This document shows positions 37,784 to 50,613 of a stretch of 62,500 bases of DNA, piece by piece; positions within the stretch are counted from its first letter, which is position 1, and every line of letters begins with the position of its first letter. The stretch comes from Phyllobates terribilis (taxonomy: Eukaryota). A model generated the notes under the pieces. The model searched no databases, was not told where the DNA came from, and saw nothing but the letters and a program-made list of their open reading frames with translations. The stretch covers positions 1 through 62,500 of the forward strand of contig NW_027367053.1 of assembly GCF_046119375.1 (NCBI RefSeq), given 5' to 3'. A program made the position numbers and the translations under genes.

Positions 37784-38203
37784 TTGCAGAAAAGCTGGTT
37801 ATATGATCAGAGGTAACACGAACCTTGCATTTCTTCCTTATTTTGACTGTAAACTATTTCCCAAAGTACCACTATTGATCTTGATTGACCATTGCAGGGT
37901 ATGAAAGGTGTGAAATATCATCACCGGGTTCTGCTGATCTCCTTCCCAGTGCTATGATATGTCAACTTTTGCCATGTAAGTAAAACTTGACAGGGAAGAT
38001 GGAGTTCCTCAAATGTGGAGAAGATAAATAATGTAGTACATACTTCATCAGGCTTGTGTATATTCAAGTTTGATTAATGCTTTGTTCAGAGTGCTTGTGT
38101 ATTTGTGTTTCATATTACAGCAGTAGATCATCTGTAAATGGTGTCAAACTGACTAAAAAAGGAGAATATCATGTCCTGCTTCAGGACTGCCTCCTCCTTT
38201 GCT

Positions 38204-39832
38204 GTGCAATGTAGCTTGTATTTAGGAATGACAAAAGATGAGGTGAAGATTTAACAACAAAAATATAGATTGCAGATTTGCAAGGTACCTTGACCTATGT
38301 TTTCACTCGTCTATCTGCCGTTTGTTAGTATGCTTGAATTGAGTGATTATGTTCTTTTTTCCACCTCTGCGTATTTTCACTTGAGATGGATGGGATTATC
38401 AGATTACGGATACCTGTATATATATTCATTGGAGATTGATTTGAACATGTATTTTACTTGAGACTGGTGGAAGCAGCATAATACTTTACAAAATTTTTAC
38501 TTGTTTTTGGGAAGTGCTTACTGATAACTCATAATTAACCTATGAAGCATGGACATATTTAGAAGAGGGTCGTGTTCGTGTTTGTGTCCGACATATCTAA
38601 AACACATGGACACACTTCATATACATCTTGGACACAATCGAAAACAGAACACACCGAAATCCGTTTGTCTTTAATTTTAAAGATCTAACTTATTTCCGTA
38701 GTATTCATATTTCAATGTAGAATAAAGTTGTTTCTTACTTTCCTTAAAAGGAAAAGCGGAAACAACTACACGAAATAGTCCCTAGAATGACAACTGAAAA
38801 AATATATAAAAGATCATTTGGCCTGTAGGCACCCATTTGACTTGATTTTACAGAATTTTGAATATATTTATAATTTGGATACTCAAAAGTCGACACAAAG
38901 ATGTGGTTTAATCTTAAAAGTGTTTTTCCTATAATGACAAAAAATAATTTAATTTTAATTTTTATTATTAGCAATTGAGTATCATAATTTTATCTCTTAC
39001 AAGGTTTGTTATATTATTTTTAGCAATATTTTTAAATTAACATAAATTATATCGTCGTGTCTTGTCGTGTCCTATTTCTCTATATTTTGGATTTGTCATG
39101 TCCTTCTGTCTTGCCATGTCCGTGTGCCCATATCCGTGTCCGTGCTATATAGGTCATAAGAGATGTTGGATTCAAACTCTAGACCTATGAGGGTGTATAA
39201 ATATTACCCTTACCACTAGGCTAGAGGCTCGTTGGCAAGTCATAACTAAACTTGAGTACATTTTGTTGAGTCTAATTTGAATATTCAACTCAATCTATTT
39301 ATATACTAAAGAAAGATCATTTTGTCTATATGCCATCATTGGTTTAAAACAATATATGTATTGATCTAGCATAAATCTCGCATATATCTAGTATTACTGG
39401 ATTTTTTAGGAAAAACAATCTATTTATTCTTAAAAGTTCATTTCACGATCATAACAGATATGAAGGGACGTCAAATCTAAGAAAATAAATTAACAATCTT
39501 CTAAAAAACGACGAAAAAATAAATTACACATAACACTTCTATATACCTTCATTTCAAGCTTCGTTGTACAGAAATCTACCGATTCAGACAAGTTTTAAGG
39601 AGGAAGTTCGATATCTGATTCACCAAGTTATAAATAAAATATAAATTATTATAAATCATTTGCATCTTTATTGATACACGATTCTATTTCACTACCCATA
39701 AAAGGGAAAACTACCCACAAATTAGGAGGCGGGATAGACTCTAAGAGCAGAATTTACTTGGGCCGGGCCAAAACAAGTCCAATGATAAGAGCCCAAGACT
39801 AAAAAACGCAAAGCTAATGTTGTGTATACTTC
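38204..39832 (+). repeat. Copy 1 of a 1.63-kb head-to-tail duplication of the RVE6-RPS10 spacer
   Basis: Colinear with 39836-39852 + 44802-46249 + 48485-48513 + about 50550-50685. Confidence 0.9.
38538..39154. mobile_element. MITE with GTGTCC/GGACAC subterminal repeats; also present in copy 2 at 45138-45750
   Basis: Imperfect TIR ACCTATGAAGCA(C/T)GGACA ... TGTCCGTGCTATATAGGT. No clean TSD was seen. It is present in both duplicate copies, so it predates the duplication. Confidence 0.65.
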
Positions 39833-41289
39833 ACAGTGCTATGTAGCTTGTACTCCCACTATCCCGGTATCTTTTTGTGCTCCATTTAAGAGATCCCTTA
39901 AGTTCTTCCTCTTTCATTTTTTTACCATAAAGGGGTGGAAAATGACTAAAATATCCTGATGAAAAGCAAGAAATTACAACCCCTACCCTCCCCATTTATC
40001 TGGGTCTCTCTTTTCCATTAACTCATTACTTTATTCTCTCATTTTCTAGAACCTAGTTCTCTCTCTTTTCCCATAAACCCTAAGGCCGCCGCTCTCCTCT
40101 TCTCCCCAATTTGTCGCCATTGTTGTACCTCTCTTTGATTGAAATACGATTGTTTTCGTGTTTTTGGTCCCCTTGATCCACTTTGTCCCCTAGACACACT
40201 TTTTCTTTTTCAATTACTGAGATTTGTTGGGTTTTGATCTAGATTTGTTGTGAATCTGGGTTTCAAATCTAGATTTGTGGCTTTTGGTCCCCTTGATCCA
40301 CGATTATTTTCACCGTCTCTCTCTCTTTTGAAATGACTAATGAGCGATTCTGATTTTTGGAAGGATTCCAACGAAGATAAGTCCTTCTCCGAGACTTATA
40401 GTTGCTCCATGCAACCCTATTGTGAGTGTCCACCTGTATGCTATGGTCTTCACTGCTTCAGTCCTTGGCGAGATGGTGACTCATCTACTGTTGAAGGGCT
40501 GCTTCCCCCTCACACCATTGAACTCGCCGACGATGCCAGTGCCACCTCAAGAGCGCCGCCATCGAAGTCCCCCGATGGTGCATTAGATCCTGACCCTATA
40601 GAGGTGGAGGTGGATCCTGACTCCGGCGATGATGGCGAGGTGGCGCATGACTCCGAAGACGGCGAGGTGGTGCTTGATTCTGAAGACGATGGAGATTGCA
40701 AGGATGCTCTAGCGGTTGATGACTTTTCATATTCTGATGCATCTGAAGTTTAGCTAAGTACCTTTTCTCCTCTTTTAATTGCTTTCATGAGGTCAAGTTG
40801 TTGTTGTTGTTGTTCTTCTTCTTCTTCTTCTTCTGTGATGTGGCCTATTGTGATCTATTATCGAGGACATGTTGAAATGTTGTTGGTATTGTCTGTCTCC
40901 TTGTTGATCTTTTGTTGGTGTTGTTGATCCCGGGTGATGTTGTTGATCCCCGTTGTTGATTTGTTGGCATGTTGTTAATGATATGTGGTTGAACCCTGGT
41001 GATGTTGTTGATCCATGTTGTTGATCTGTTGGCATGTTGTTCACCATATGTGGTTGAACCTTGGTGATGATGTTGATCTCTGGTGATCTTGTTGATCCCT
41101 GGTATTAACGGTCTTTGTTTTGATATATGTGATGTCCCCTATATACTCCCTCCATCCTAATATCCTTTTCTTGTATGATCATATGCATTATTAAGAGTCC
41201 TCATCTAATGTCTGAAGTCTATGTTGAGTCTTCTGAAAATTAGAGTTTGTCCAAAAGCATTAATAATGAGTCCCCATCTAATTTCCAAA

Positions 41290-41628
41290 GTGTATGATGA
41301 GTCTTATTAAAATGAGAGTTTAATCATGTTTCATTTGTAATGCTTACATGTGCTAAGCCACCAGTTAATATTGACGGATGAGGCTCCTGGTGCTATTTGT
41401 GTTACATTTGAATTTTTCTCAATGTTTATTGGGGACAACTGAGACATGTTAATAAAATATTTTAATCATAAAGTCTATGATGAGTCTTCTTAAAATGAGA
41501 GTTTAATCATGTTTCATTTTGTAATGCTTACATGTGATGAGCCACTAGTTAATATTGACTGATGAGGCTCCTGGTGTTATTTGTGTTACATTTGGATTAT
41601 TCTCTATGATTATTGGGGACAACTGAGA
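41290..41628. repeat. About 160-180-bp tandem duplication inside the mariner 3' region
   Basis: TATGATGAGTCTT.TTAAAATGAGAG...GGGGACAACTGAGAC occurs twice. Confidence 0.85.
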
Positions 41629-41691
41629 CCCTTAACCAATAAATTATGAGAGATAGGAACACATGAATACATAAATAAAACCCAAAATATC

Positions 41692-42606
41692 TAGGGCTGG
41701 GACTTTGTACCCATAGAACCGAAGAACCGAACCGAAGTGTGCATTTCAGGTCGGTTCGATGCGGGTATGCAATTTTTTATGACGTAAATTACGGGTCGGT
41801 TCTTGTAAAAAATTGCGGGTACGGGTATGGGTTTTGAAAAAAATAAATGAATAAACCGAGTAACTGAATTATATAGGAGTATTAAAAAATTAGGTCAGGG
41901 CTACTATTTACTTTCTTCTTCGATTTTTCCACGTATCTAGTTGTGTTCCTCGTTCATCCTTCCATGCCTCATTTCTCTTCCTCGATCATCCTTCCATGCC
42001 ACAATTCTCTTCCCCGGTCATATTCTCTCCCTGAATTATCAAGCTTTATAGTTTAATAATTAATGTTTAAGCTTTTCAGAATCATAATCTCTCCAACTTC
42101 ATTAAACTTTAAGTTTCTACTTTCTACTCACACAAGTCAACGATATGGCTTTTTCTACTAAAATTTTATAATATTAATTCTCTGTTCTTTAGAATTCTCC
42201 ATGCTTTATAATATTGTAATATTAATTGCAACTTCCATCTGTTTCGATTTGTAGCCCTCGATATGAATTCTGCAACACAATTCAGTCATCGATACCATCG
42301 ACCTATCTGGTTTCGATTTAAACAACCCCGGTGATATTGAGGAGCTTAGCCAAGAAACAATAGTTATCGATGTGTTGAATTTGGTGTTGTATTTTCTGAA
42401 AATTGATTAACCATAATGACTTCGCGAACCAAAATAAGACAAATATGTAAAAAGTTAGGAACCGACTTTAGAAACCGATTAGATTGCAGGTTCGGGTAAT
42501 GTCGGTTCCTTAGTAAAATTCATGGGAACCGAACCCGATTAAAAAAAATCTTTTTACTCTGCGGGTAGGCTAAAAAAATAACAGGAACCGAAAGTTCCCA
42601 GCCACA
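41692..42606. mobile_element. hAT-like non-autonomous element nested in the mariner
   Basis: Ends TAGGGCTGGGAC ... GTTCCCAGCCACA, with AACCGA/CGGTT subterminal repeats at both ends. No TSD was found. Confidence 0.5.
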
Positions 42607-42914
42607 CCGGGGATCAACAACATCACAATGCATATGAAAATCTACATAAATAAAACCAAGAGAATATTATCCCAAAATATGCATTACAATAAAACAAAAT
42701 ATGCATTACATTAAAAACTCAAAATAACTCCAACCATTGTTGTGGTAGATCACCCTAGAACATTATCCCTATGACATATGCTAGAATGATCTAAAGGTTG
42801 CTTGTTGCTTTTACTGTGAGTTATGTCTCCTTGAGTCTCTTCTTCATGTATGTGAACTTGATATTCTTGTGCTTCTTGTGATTGAGGTAATTGTGCATGC
42901 CCATGTACTATGTC

Positions 42915-44396
42915 TCAAGTTTGCATAACAACCCACATTGGTGCCTTAACTTGAGTTTGTGTATCGCCTTGTGCTTCTAGCTTCTGTTTACCTACACGTG
43001 GTATATCATATCCATTGCCTCCATGTACTTTCAGAATCTCTTTCATGACATATTGTAGGGTCATCCAAACATTGCTTAATGTTTTAGGATCTAGTTCATA
43101 AAAGTCCTCTCTAACTGCCTCAATCATTGCATCTATGTCTTTAGGCATTTTCTTATGCATCAATGACCGTATACTTCTAAAAAATCCAAGGTCTAGAATA
43201 TTCAAGTCTGGACTAGGAGGTTGTTGGATTAAAATGAATGTGAATCATCTTGTGTGTATACCTCTTGCCATTGTGGATCACTTTGAGTAACGTGTGCTTT
43301 TGCATTATCATGCTGGATGAAAATTACTTTGTGTCCATTGCTTGGTGGCCATTTAGCCTTTATAGCTGGAATAATCTGGTTGATGAGCATGTCTCTTTGT
43401 GGCTCTTTGATTGACTGGCTCAACAAATTTTGTGATAACTGTCCCTTTCTCTCTATCCTTTGATGTTCTCTTTGCTGGTTCTTGATAAGTGAAAGAAAAA
43501 ATGCCAATTTTCCCGTCAAATGTACATGTTCTTTCTTAATTGTATCTTGGCCTAACTACCACACCTGTGAACATTACTTTTGGAATGAATTTGCTTGATG
43601 ATGCTGACCTGTATTTCCCTTTCTCACTCTATGCTAAGTACACTTTATGCGTCTTCTTGGTGAGAAAAAACCACTCCTCATCCAAGTGGACAAAATCAAA
43701 CATAGGAAAGTATTCTCTCTTTGCTTCTGGTGTGTTGCCATGTAGTAGCCTCAAAATCCAATCCAACCTTGTGATTTTGTTGTTATCCTTAAGCACGGGA
43801 TGCAATGTGTTTGTATGTGGCTTGATGTGTCCCCTCTTGACCATTCTATGAACTGTTGTTTTGGAAGTTTGAAGTTTATTAGACAAGTCTCTAATACATG
43901 ACCTATCTCTCATATTGAGTGCTTTGATTGTTTCATTGGGAACTTGGATTCTCTTTCTCACACAATTATGAAACTTTGTAGACATGTCATACCTTTGGCC
44001 TGCAAGTTTTTGTCTCTTTGCTTTGTTCCATAATGTGCTGATACATCTTGCTGTCACTTTGAACTCTTGTGCAGCTGCCTAAATTGTCCCCTTTTTCAGC
44101 TTTTCCCCAGTTGTCTTATTAAGTAGCCAAAGCAAAATATGCGACCTCTCTTCACTGTTGAGCCTTATGCTTGATGGCTGATGATGACCTTCTTCTGCTT
44201 GTTGTTGCTCTGTTTCCTGTTGACTTGAATGTTGTTGATGATTTGTTGTTGGTGTTTGGTTCAGATCTGGGAGTTGAAAATCTTCTTCTATGTCCCCTAC
44301 TAATGCTTCATTTAAGTCGCATGTAAATCCATGTGCTTCGTCCATGTCATCAATGGGAGATCGAGCCACATGTAAACCGAAGGCTGAAGCCATCAA
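42915..44396 (-). pseudogene. mariner transposase (DD39D), broken by stops and frameshifts
   Basis: Motifs VHLDEEWF, IQHDNAKAH and QPP.SPDLNILDLGFF. Repairing one frameshift and one missing codon gives 39 residues between the 2nd and 3rd Asp. Confidence 0.9.
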
Positions 44397-46249
44397 GTGA
44401 AGGCAATGATGTTGGTGTAGATTAAATGTTGTATTGAATGTGCTTGGTGAGTTAGGGCTTTTTGGTTGGAGTTTTTGGATGTACAGCTATAGAAGATTTA
44501 ATGCTTCCAGCTGAAGTGAGAGTATAAATTTCTCAGTTTGTCATCTATACCTTGTACTGAATGTTCCTTTATTCCCTCAATCCATGGGATCTGTCATCCT
44601 TGATTCTTATTGGTTGTTGAAAAAACTCACTTGTATTGATTGGTTAATGAAAAGTAAGCAGATTTTGTGATTCACATTTACTTTGCTTTTTCTTTAATTT
44701 TCAGTTGTCAATCAACACATTAATGAGTCATAACTCATTAATGCTTCATTAAAAATTGTGTCCAACATCAAAACTAGAAAAACTATCTGGGACGGAGGGA
44801 GTATTTGGAAATGACAAAAGATGAGGTGAAGATTTAACAACAAAAATATAGATTGCAGATTTGCAGGGTAGCTTGACCTATGTTTTCACTCATCTATCTG
44901 TCGTTTGTTATTATGCTTGAATTGAGTGATTATGTTCTTTCTTCCACCTCTCATAAGCAATGCGTATTTTCACTTGAGATGGATGGATTATCAGATTACG
45001 GGTACCTGTATATATTCATTCGAGATTGATTTGAACATGTATTTTAACTGAGACTGGTGGAAGCAGCATAATACTTTACAAATTTTTTACTTGTTTTGGG
45101 GGAATCTTTTGAAGTGCTTACTTATGACTCATAATTAACCTATGAAGCACGGACACACTTAGAAGAGGGGCATGTATGTGTGTGTGTCCGACATATCTAG
45201 GACAAATGGACACACTTCAGATACATCTTAGTTATAACTGGACACACCTTGAACACACCCAAACCCGTTTGTCTTTAATTTTTAAAGATCTAACTTCTTT
45301 CTGTAGTATTCATATTTCAACGTAGAATTGAGTTGTTTCTTGCTTTCCTTAAAAGAAAAACCGGAAACAACTACACGAATAGTCCATAGAATGACAACGG
45401 AAAAAATATATAAAAGATCATTTGGCCATGCAGGAACCCATTTGACTTGATATATTTATAATCTGGATACTCAAAAGTCAACATAAAGATGTGATTTAAA
45501 TTTAAAAGTGTTTTTCTTATAATGGCCAAAAAATATTTATATTTGTTTTTTATTATTAATCATTTATATGTAATTGAGTATCATAATTTATCTCTTACAA
45601 GGTTTGATATATTATTTTTAGCGACATTATTCGAATAACATAAATTATATCGCCGTGTCATGTCGTGTCATATTTCTATATTTTGAATTTGTCTTGTATT
45701 TGTGTCTCATCATGTCCATGTCCTCATATCCGTGTCTGTGCTATATAGGTCATAAGAGATGCCGGATTCGAACTCTAGACCTATGAGAGTGTATAAATAC
45801 TACCTTTATCACTAGACTAGAGGCTAGTTGGCAAGTCATAACTAAACTTGAGTACATTTTGTTGAGTCTAATTTGAATATTCAACTCAACATGTTTATAT
45901 ACTAAAGAAAAATCATTTTGTCTATATGTCATCATTGGTTTTAAACAATACATGTATTGATCTAGCATTAATTTCGCATATATCTAGTATTACTGGATTT
46001 TTTTAGGAAAAACAATGTTATTAAGAAAAGTTTATTTCACAACCATACTAGATATTAAGGTACGTCAAATCTAAAAAATATATTAACAATCTTCTAAAAA
46101 AACAACGAAAAATATAAATTACACATAACACTTTTACACACCTTCGTTTCAATCTTCGTTGTACAAGAATCTATTAATTCACACAAATTTTAAAAAGGAA
46201 TTTCGATATCTGATTCGCCAAATTATAAATAAAATATAATTTATTATAA

Positions 46250-48475
46250 GGCGTTTTTGCACGAAACCACCCCTATACGGCTGAATTTGCAAGGAACCAC
46301 CCTCTATATCGCTAATTATTTCGAACCACCCAGATTTCAACATTTTTTTACCAAGAGCCACCCCTCCCTCAATTCCGTTAGGTTTTCCATCCAAATTACC
46401 TAAAAGACCAATTTGCCCTTGACAGAATTAAAAATTTACAGAAAAACCAAGGTTTTTTACTCTAAAAAAAGGTATTTAAAAAAATGAACAGTAGGAAAAA
46501 AATTCTCCTTCGTCTTCTTCGATCTTCATTTTCTCCTTCGTTCTTCATTCTTCTGCAAAGGTAAATCAATTTGTTTCCTTCGTTCTTCTTACTTTTCAGT
46601 GTTCATCTCCCAATTTTGCATCATTTGTTCTCCCAATATAGCATTGGTGAGTTTGCATCCTTCGTTCTTCTTACTTACTGTTTAATGTTCACCTCCCAAT
46701 TTTCTGGGCGAAAATGAATTAGGGTTCTTCTCGAAATTGAATCTCCATTGAATCTCGAAGGAGAAGAACCTGCCAATTTCCACGCTCAAAATCGAATCTC
46801 GCATACGAACCTGCCAATTTTTATCAGGCGTTTAAGTGTCCTCTTTTAATGACAAAATGCTTATCGTGCATGAAGAAAAAGCTAATATCATCTAACTACC
46901 AAGTAGTTTATATAAGACAGAGGATGATGAATTAGCTAGGATCAAAAGTATCCCAAAGAAACTGCAAACTAAGAAAGTAATAGAGTGTGGTCTAGTGATA
47001 TAACTTAGTTCATTCTAAACCAAAGTATCAGTAATGAATCATGAAATGCAGGGTACAAGGCAGGAAGTAATAGAGTACAAGAAGTTAGAGTTGGCATGAC
47101 CTTTGCATATAGCAAAGTATCATCAATGAATGCTTCCCATGTTTCTTCTCTAACCATCTGTAATGGAGGTGAAGACGGAGTTAATTTTACAACCATTTGT
47201 AGTTTCTATTACAAGCTTACATATACCAATTTGTCAAACGTACCAGCTTTTGTAGTTTCTTCACTTGTGTAAAATGGAAATTAAATAGAAATATGTGATT
47301 CTACATTAACTACCAAACCGATTCAAGATGAAAACAAATCCAATCCAATATAAATTATCATTAGCAATGTCGATTGCCTTCAAATTATTTGGTGTAAATA
47401 AACAGAAATGGCATACTTACAAATGAGATTATAAGAGATCTAGAGGATAACCTTGACTAAAGCGAAGACTGAAAAACGCAAGAATGACTTGAATCTCCTA
47501 CAACATAAAAAATAGAAATCAATGGCAAGATGAGCTAGAAAAAACTCAAATTGAACAAAGGCCAACCGAGTTAAGAAGATACCTAATAGAGAAGACGATG
47601 GTGGATAAAAGGAGAGAGAACGGAAGCGGCGGAGAAAGGGATGGGGAGGTAAGAGAAGAAGAGGAGGAAATGGAAGAGGTAGTGGGCTCGAAATCAAATC
47701 TCGCATACAAACATGCCAATTTTATGGGCGAAAATGAATTAGGGTTCTTCTCCTTCGTTCTTCTTCTTCTTCTTCGACCTTCCGATTTTCGTTCTTCTTC
47801 TTCTCCCTAATTCTCCATTCTTCTCCTTCGATTACCTAATTTGTTTTTCCAAATTCGATTCGAAATTTGCAGGGCTTTATGTTCGTATATTTGCAGGGGT
47901 TTATGTATTTCCAGGATTTGTGTTCGTATACATTCTGGGTTCGTATATTTGCAGGGATTATGTTCGAAATTGGGTGTTCAATGAACTATAGCTAGTGAGG
48001 TAACTTATTATCCTTGATTGGTATATTTGTCTTTTGCATAGTTGGTATATTCATGCGAGTGATTCACATGCGAGGAAGTATGCAAAAGCTATAAACGCGA
48101 CACTGTTCTTCTCAAGCTCTACATACAACATAAATGTGAACAAGGTGTTCAAAATCATAACAACAAAGCTATTCAACCTTCCATGGAGTGTAGAGCGCAA
48201 TTTGATAGTGGGGATGATAGGAAATACAGGAAAGTCACGGGGGAGCTTCTAATAACGAAGAGAAAGAATATTTAGAAGAAGGGTATTTGGGTTTTTTTTG
48301 AGATGTAGGGGTAAGATAGACATTTTATACATTTCAACAGAAATTGTAACGGAATCCGTCCAAGGGTGACTTTGGGTAAGAAAATGTTGAAATTTGATAG
48401 TTCGAAATAATTAGCAATATAGAGGATGGTTCCTTGAAATTCGGCCATATAAGGGGTGGTTCCGTGCAAAAAAAC
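46250..48475. mobile_element. Non-autonomous MULE (Mutator-like), 2.2 kb
   Basis: About 130-bp imperfect TIRs (TTTTTGCACG.AACCACCCCT...) and a perfect 9-bp TSD TTATTATAA at 46241-46249 and 48476-48484. No transposase was recognised. Confidence 0.9.
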
Positions 48476-48513
48476 TTATTATAAACCATTTACATCTCTC
48501 TTGATACAAGATT

Positions 48514-50560
48514 GTGACAATTGGGAGAGTGCGAGGAGGATGCACTTGGTTAGTTGGGATATGGCTGTTAACCAAAAGAGTATGGGGGCCTTGGTGTTAA
48601 GCAAATGAAGGCTTTTAATCTTGCGCTAAACGGTAATCTTGCTTCGAGATTTAAGCATTGCAAGGGGGATCTTTGGACGGATGTGATACGGGCCAAATAT
48701 ATTAGACCAAATAGCGAGGAGTGTTCCGAGATTTCTCACATGTGGCGCTCAATCCGGAGAGGTATGATGAAAGTGATCATTCCGGGCTGTAAATGGCAAG
48801 TCGGGCACGGCGTTCCGTGCATTTTTGGTCCGACAAGTGGGTCGGTGATTACACACTGTGTGACTGGGCAATTGTTCAGATTTCAGAAGAGGAAAGTGGG
48901 GAGGTGGTGCGCAGTTACTGGGACGATACTAGCGGCTGGAGATGGGAGTGTTTTGTTGATAAACTGCCGACAATTATGTTGATGTTTGTTGCCGCGGCCG
49001 CGGTGATGGAGGACCAGCAGGAGCGGGACGCTCTTTTGTGGTCAAGCACGTCCGATGGTTGCTATTCTATTGCTAGTGCGTATCATAGTACTATTCAACC
49101 GAATACGGAGGATAACGTGGATTCCATGTTCTATAAGAAGGTTTGGCGTGTGCGTTGCCAAGAGAGGGCGCGTTTCTTCCTATGGCTGATTTTTCGTGGA
49201 GTAGTGATGTGCAACGGGTAGCGGTATAGACGTCACTTGGCGAGATTGAGCTCTTGTACGGTGTGCATGGATACTCTGGAGACTATGTTACACCTTCTTC
49301 GTGATTGCCCGAAAAGTCGAGAAGTGTGCAAGGACCTCCATCCTCCGATTGATAGGTACCTTTTTTACTCCTCTAATTTTCAGCAGTGGATTAGGCGTAA
49401 TCTTGTTCAGGGCTCGGTGGAGATGGAGGGATGGGCGGGTGTGTTCGCGACCACAATCTGGATCATATGGAAGTGGAGGAACGAGAGGACTTTTAAGAGC
49501 GAGGAGTTCACCGGGAACAAGACGTCCTTTATTTTTGTCGCAAGTCAAGCTTATTGTAAGGCGTCTTCCGAGGGGTTGTAGGCCTCAGTTCGGGAGAAAC
49601 AAAAGTCCCTCATATGTTGGGAAAGACCGGAGGACGAATGGGTGAAGCTTGATACGGATGGGGCATTAGTGGCGGGTCATGCGGCTGCGGGTGGTGTTCT
49701 TCGGGATTCCAATGGAGAGTGGATTGGTGGCTTCCTCCACAACATTGGGGCGTGCTCCATCCCGACGACGGAGCTCTGGGGTGTTATCTCGGGCCTTAGG
49801 CTCGCGTGGTCGTTTGGGAATCGGGAGGGTTTATGTAGAAACTCGACCTTGGTCAAGCTACTTCTGGATAAACCTATAGATCGGTGTCATCCCCTTTGCA
49901 GTCTCGTGTCTTTAGCACGAGACCTTTTGAGTAGGAACTGACTTTGCCAGATCTGTCATATGTATAGAGAAGCCATTAGAGTCGCTGACGCTATGACCTC
50001 TCTTGCACTTCATGCTTGTTTAGGTGTCGCCTTTTTGGATTCTCCTCCTTCGGATATTTTTAGTTTATTAGATGATGACGTTAGGGGACGGGCTACACCC
50101 CGTTTTATCTTGTTGTAGCCCAACCAGTGTTCTAAAAATCCCGCCTAGGCCTCGCCTAGTCCCCACCTAGGCGCTAGTCAGTTGCCCACCGCTTTGCACC
50201 CTGCCTAGCGTTTTTTAGTACAAAAAAGTCCTTTTTTTTTTGCAAAAGTGGTAATTTCTTGAAATTGTAATGAACTTTTAGTTTGTTGCAACTTAACAAA
50301 GGCTTCTATTAGCATTGCAATTTAATTCTAACACAATTTCATTGATAATCATGAATTTGACGATAATGTGATCATGAAATATCATGGATGCTTCATTATT
50401 TTTAATTCGCCTATGCCCCGCCTAGGCTCCCGCCTTACCGCCTAGGCGCTAGGCCCTCCCCCACCGCCTAGCGTTTTTTAGAACATTGAGCCCAACTATT
50501 TTTCTTATTTTACATGTACGGAGACTCTCATTCTCTTTAAAACAAAAAAGAAAAGAAAAG
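48514..50560 (+). mobile_element. 5'-truncated L1 LINE (ORF2 C-terminus: post-RT region, zf-RVT, RNase H), decayed, with A-rich tail
   Basis: HLVSWD..GGLG..MKAFNLAL, FWSDKW, RARFFLWL, CTVC..ETMLHLLRDC and KLDTDGA..AAAGGVLRD..GEWIGGF, spread across frameshifted ORFs. Tail AAAACAAAAAAGAAAAG at about 50539-50560. Confidence 0.9.
50125..50488. mobile_element. hAT-family MITE (364 bp) in the L1 3' UTR
   Basis: TIR CAGTGTTCTAAAAA / TTTTTAGAACATTG, perfect 8-bp TSD AGCCCAAC (50117-50124, 50489-50496) and CGCCTAGG subterminal repeats. Confidence 0.92.
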
Positions 50561-50613
50561 GAAAACTACCCACAATTAGGAAGGCCGGATATACTCTAAG
50601 AGCAGATTTTACG

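Larger units (their letters stand above)
39853..44801 (-). mobile_element. Composite Tc1/mariner element (plant DD39D type) inserted at TA
   Basis: TA-CTCCCACTATCCCGG at 39851 and GGGACGGAGGGAG-TA at 44789-44803. Removing it restores ATGTAGCTTG-TA-TTT(A/G)G as at 38209-38225. A second left-type end, TA-CTCCCTCCATCC, lies at 41144. Confidence 0.85.

Noticed and set aside
40793-40835. ORF ending in RRRRRRRTTTTTT
   Set aside because: It is a translation of (GTT)n(CTT)n microsatellites.
41684-41692. Evening element AAAATATCT
   Set aside because: A single copy at a TE junction in AT-rich DNA, far from any promoter; expected by chance.
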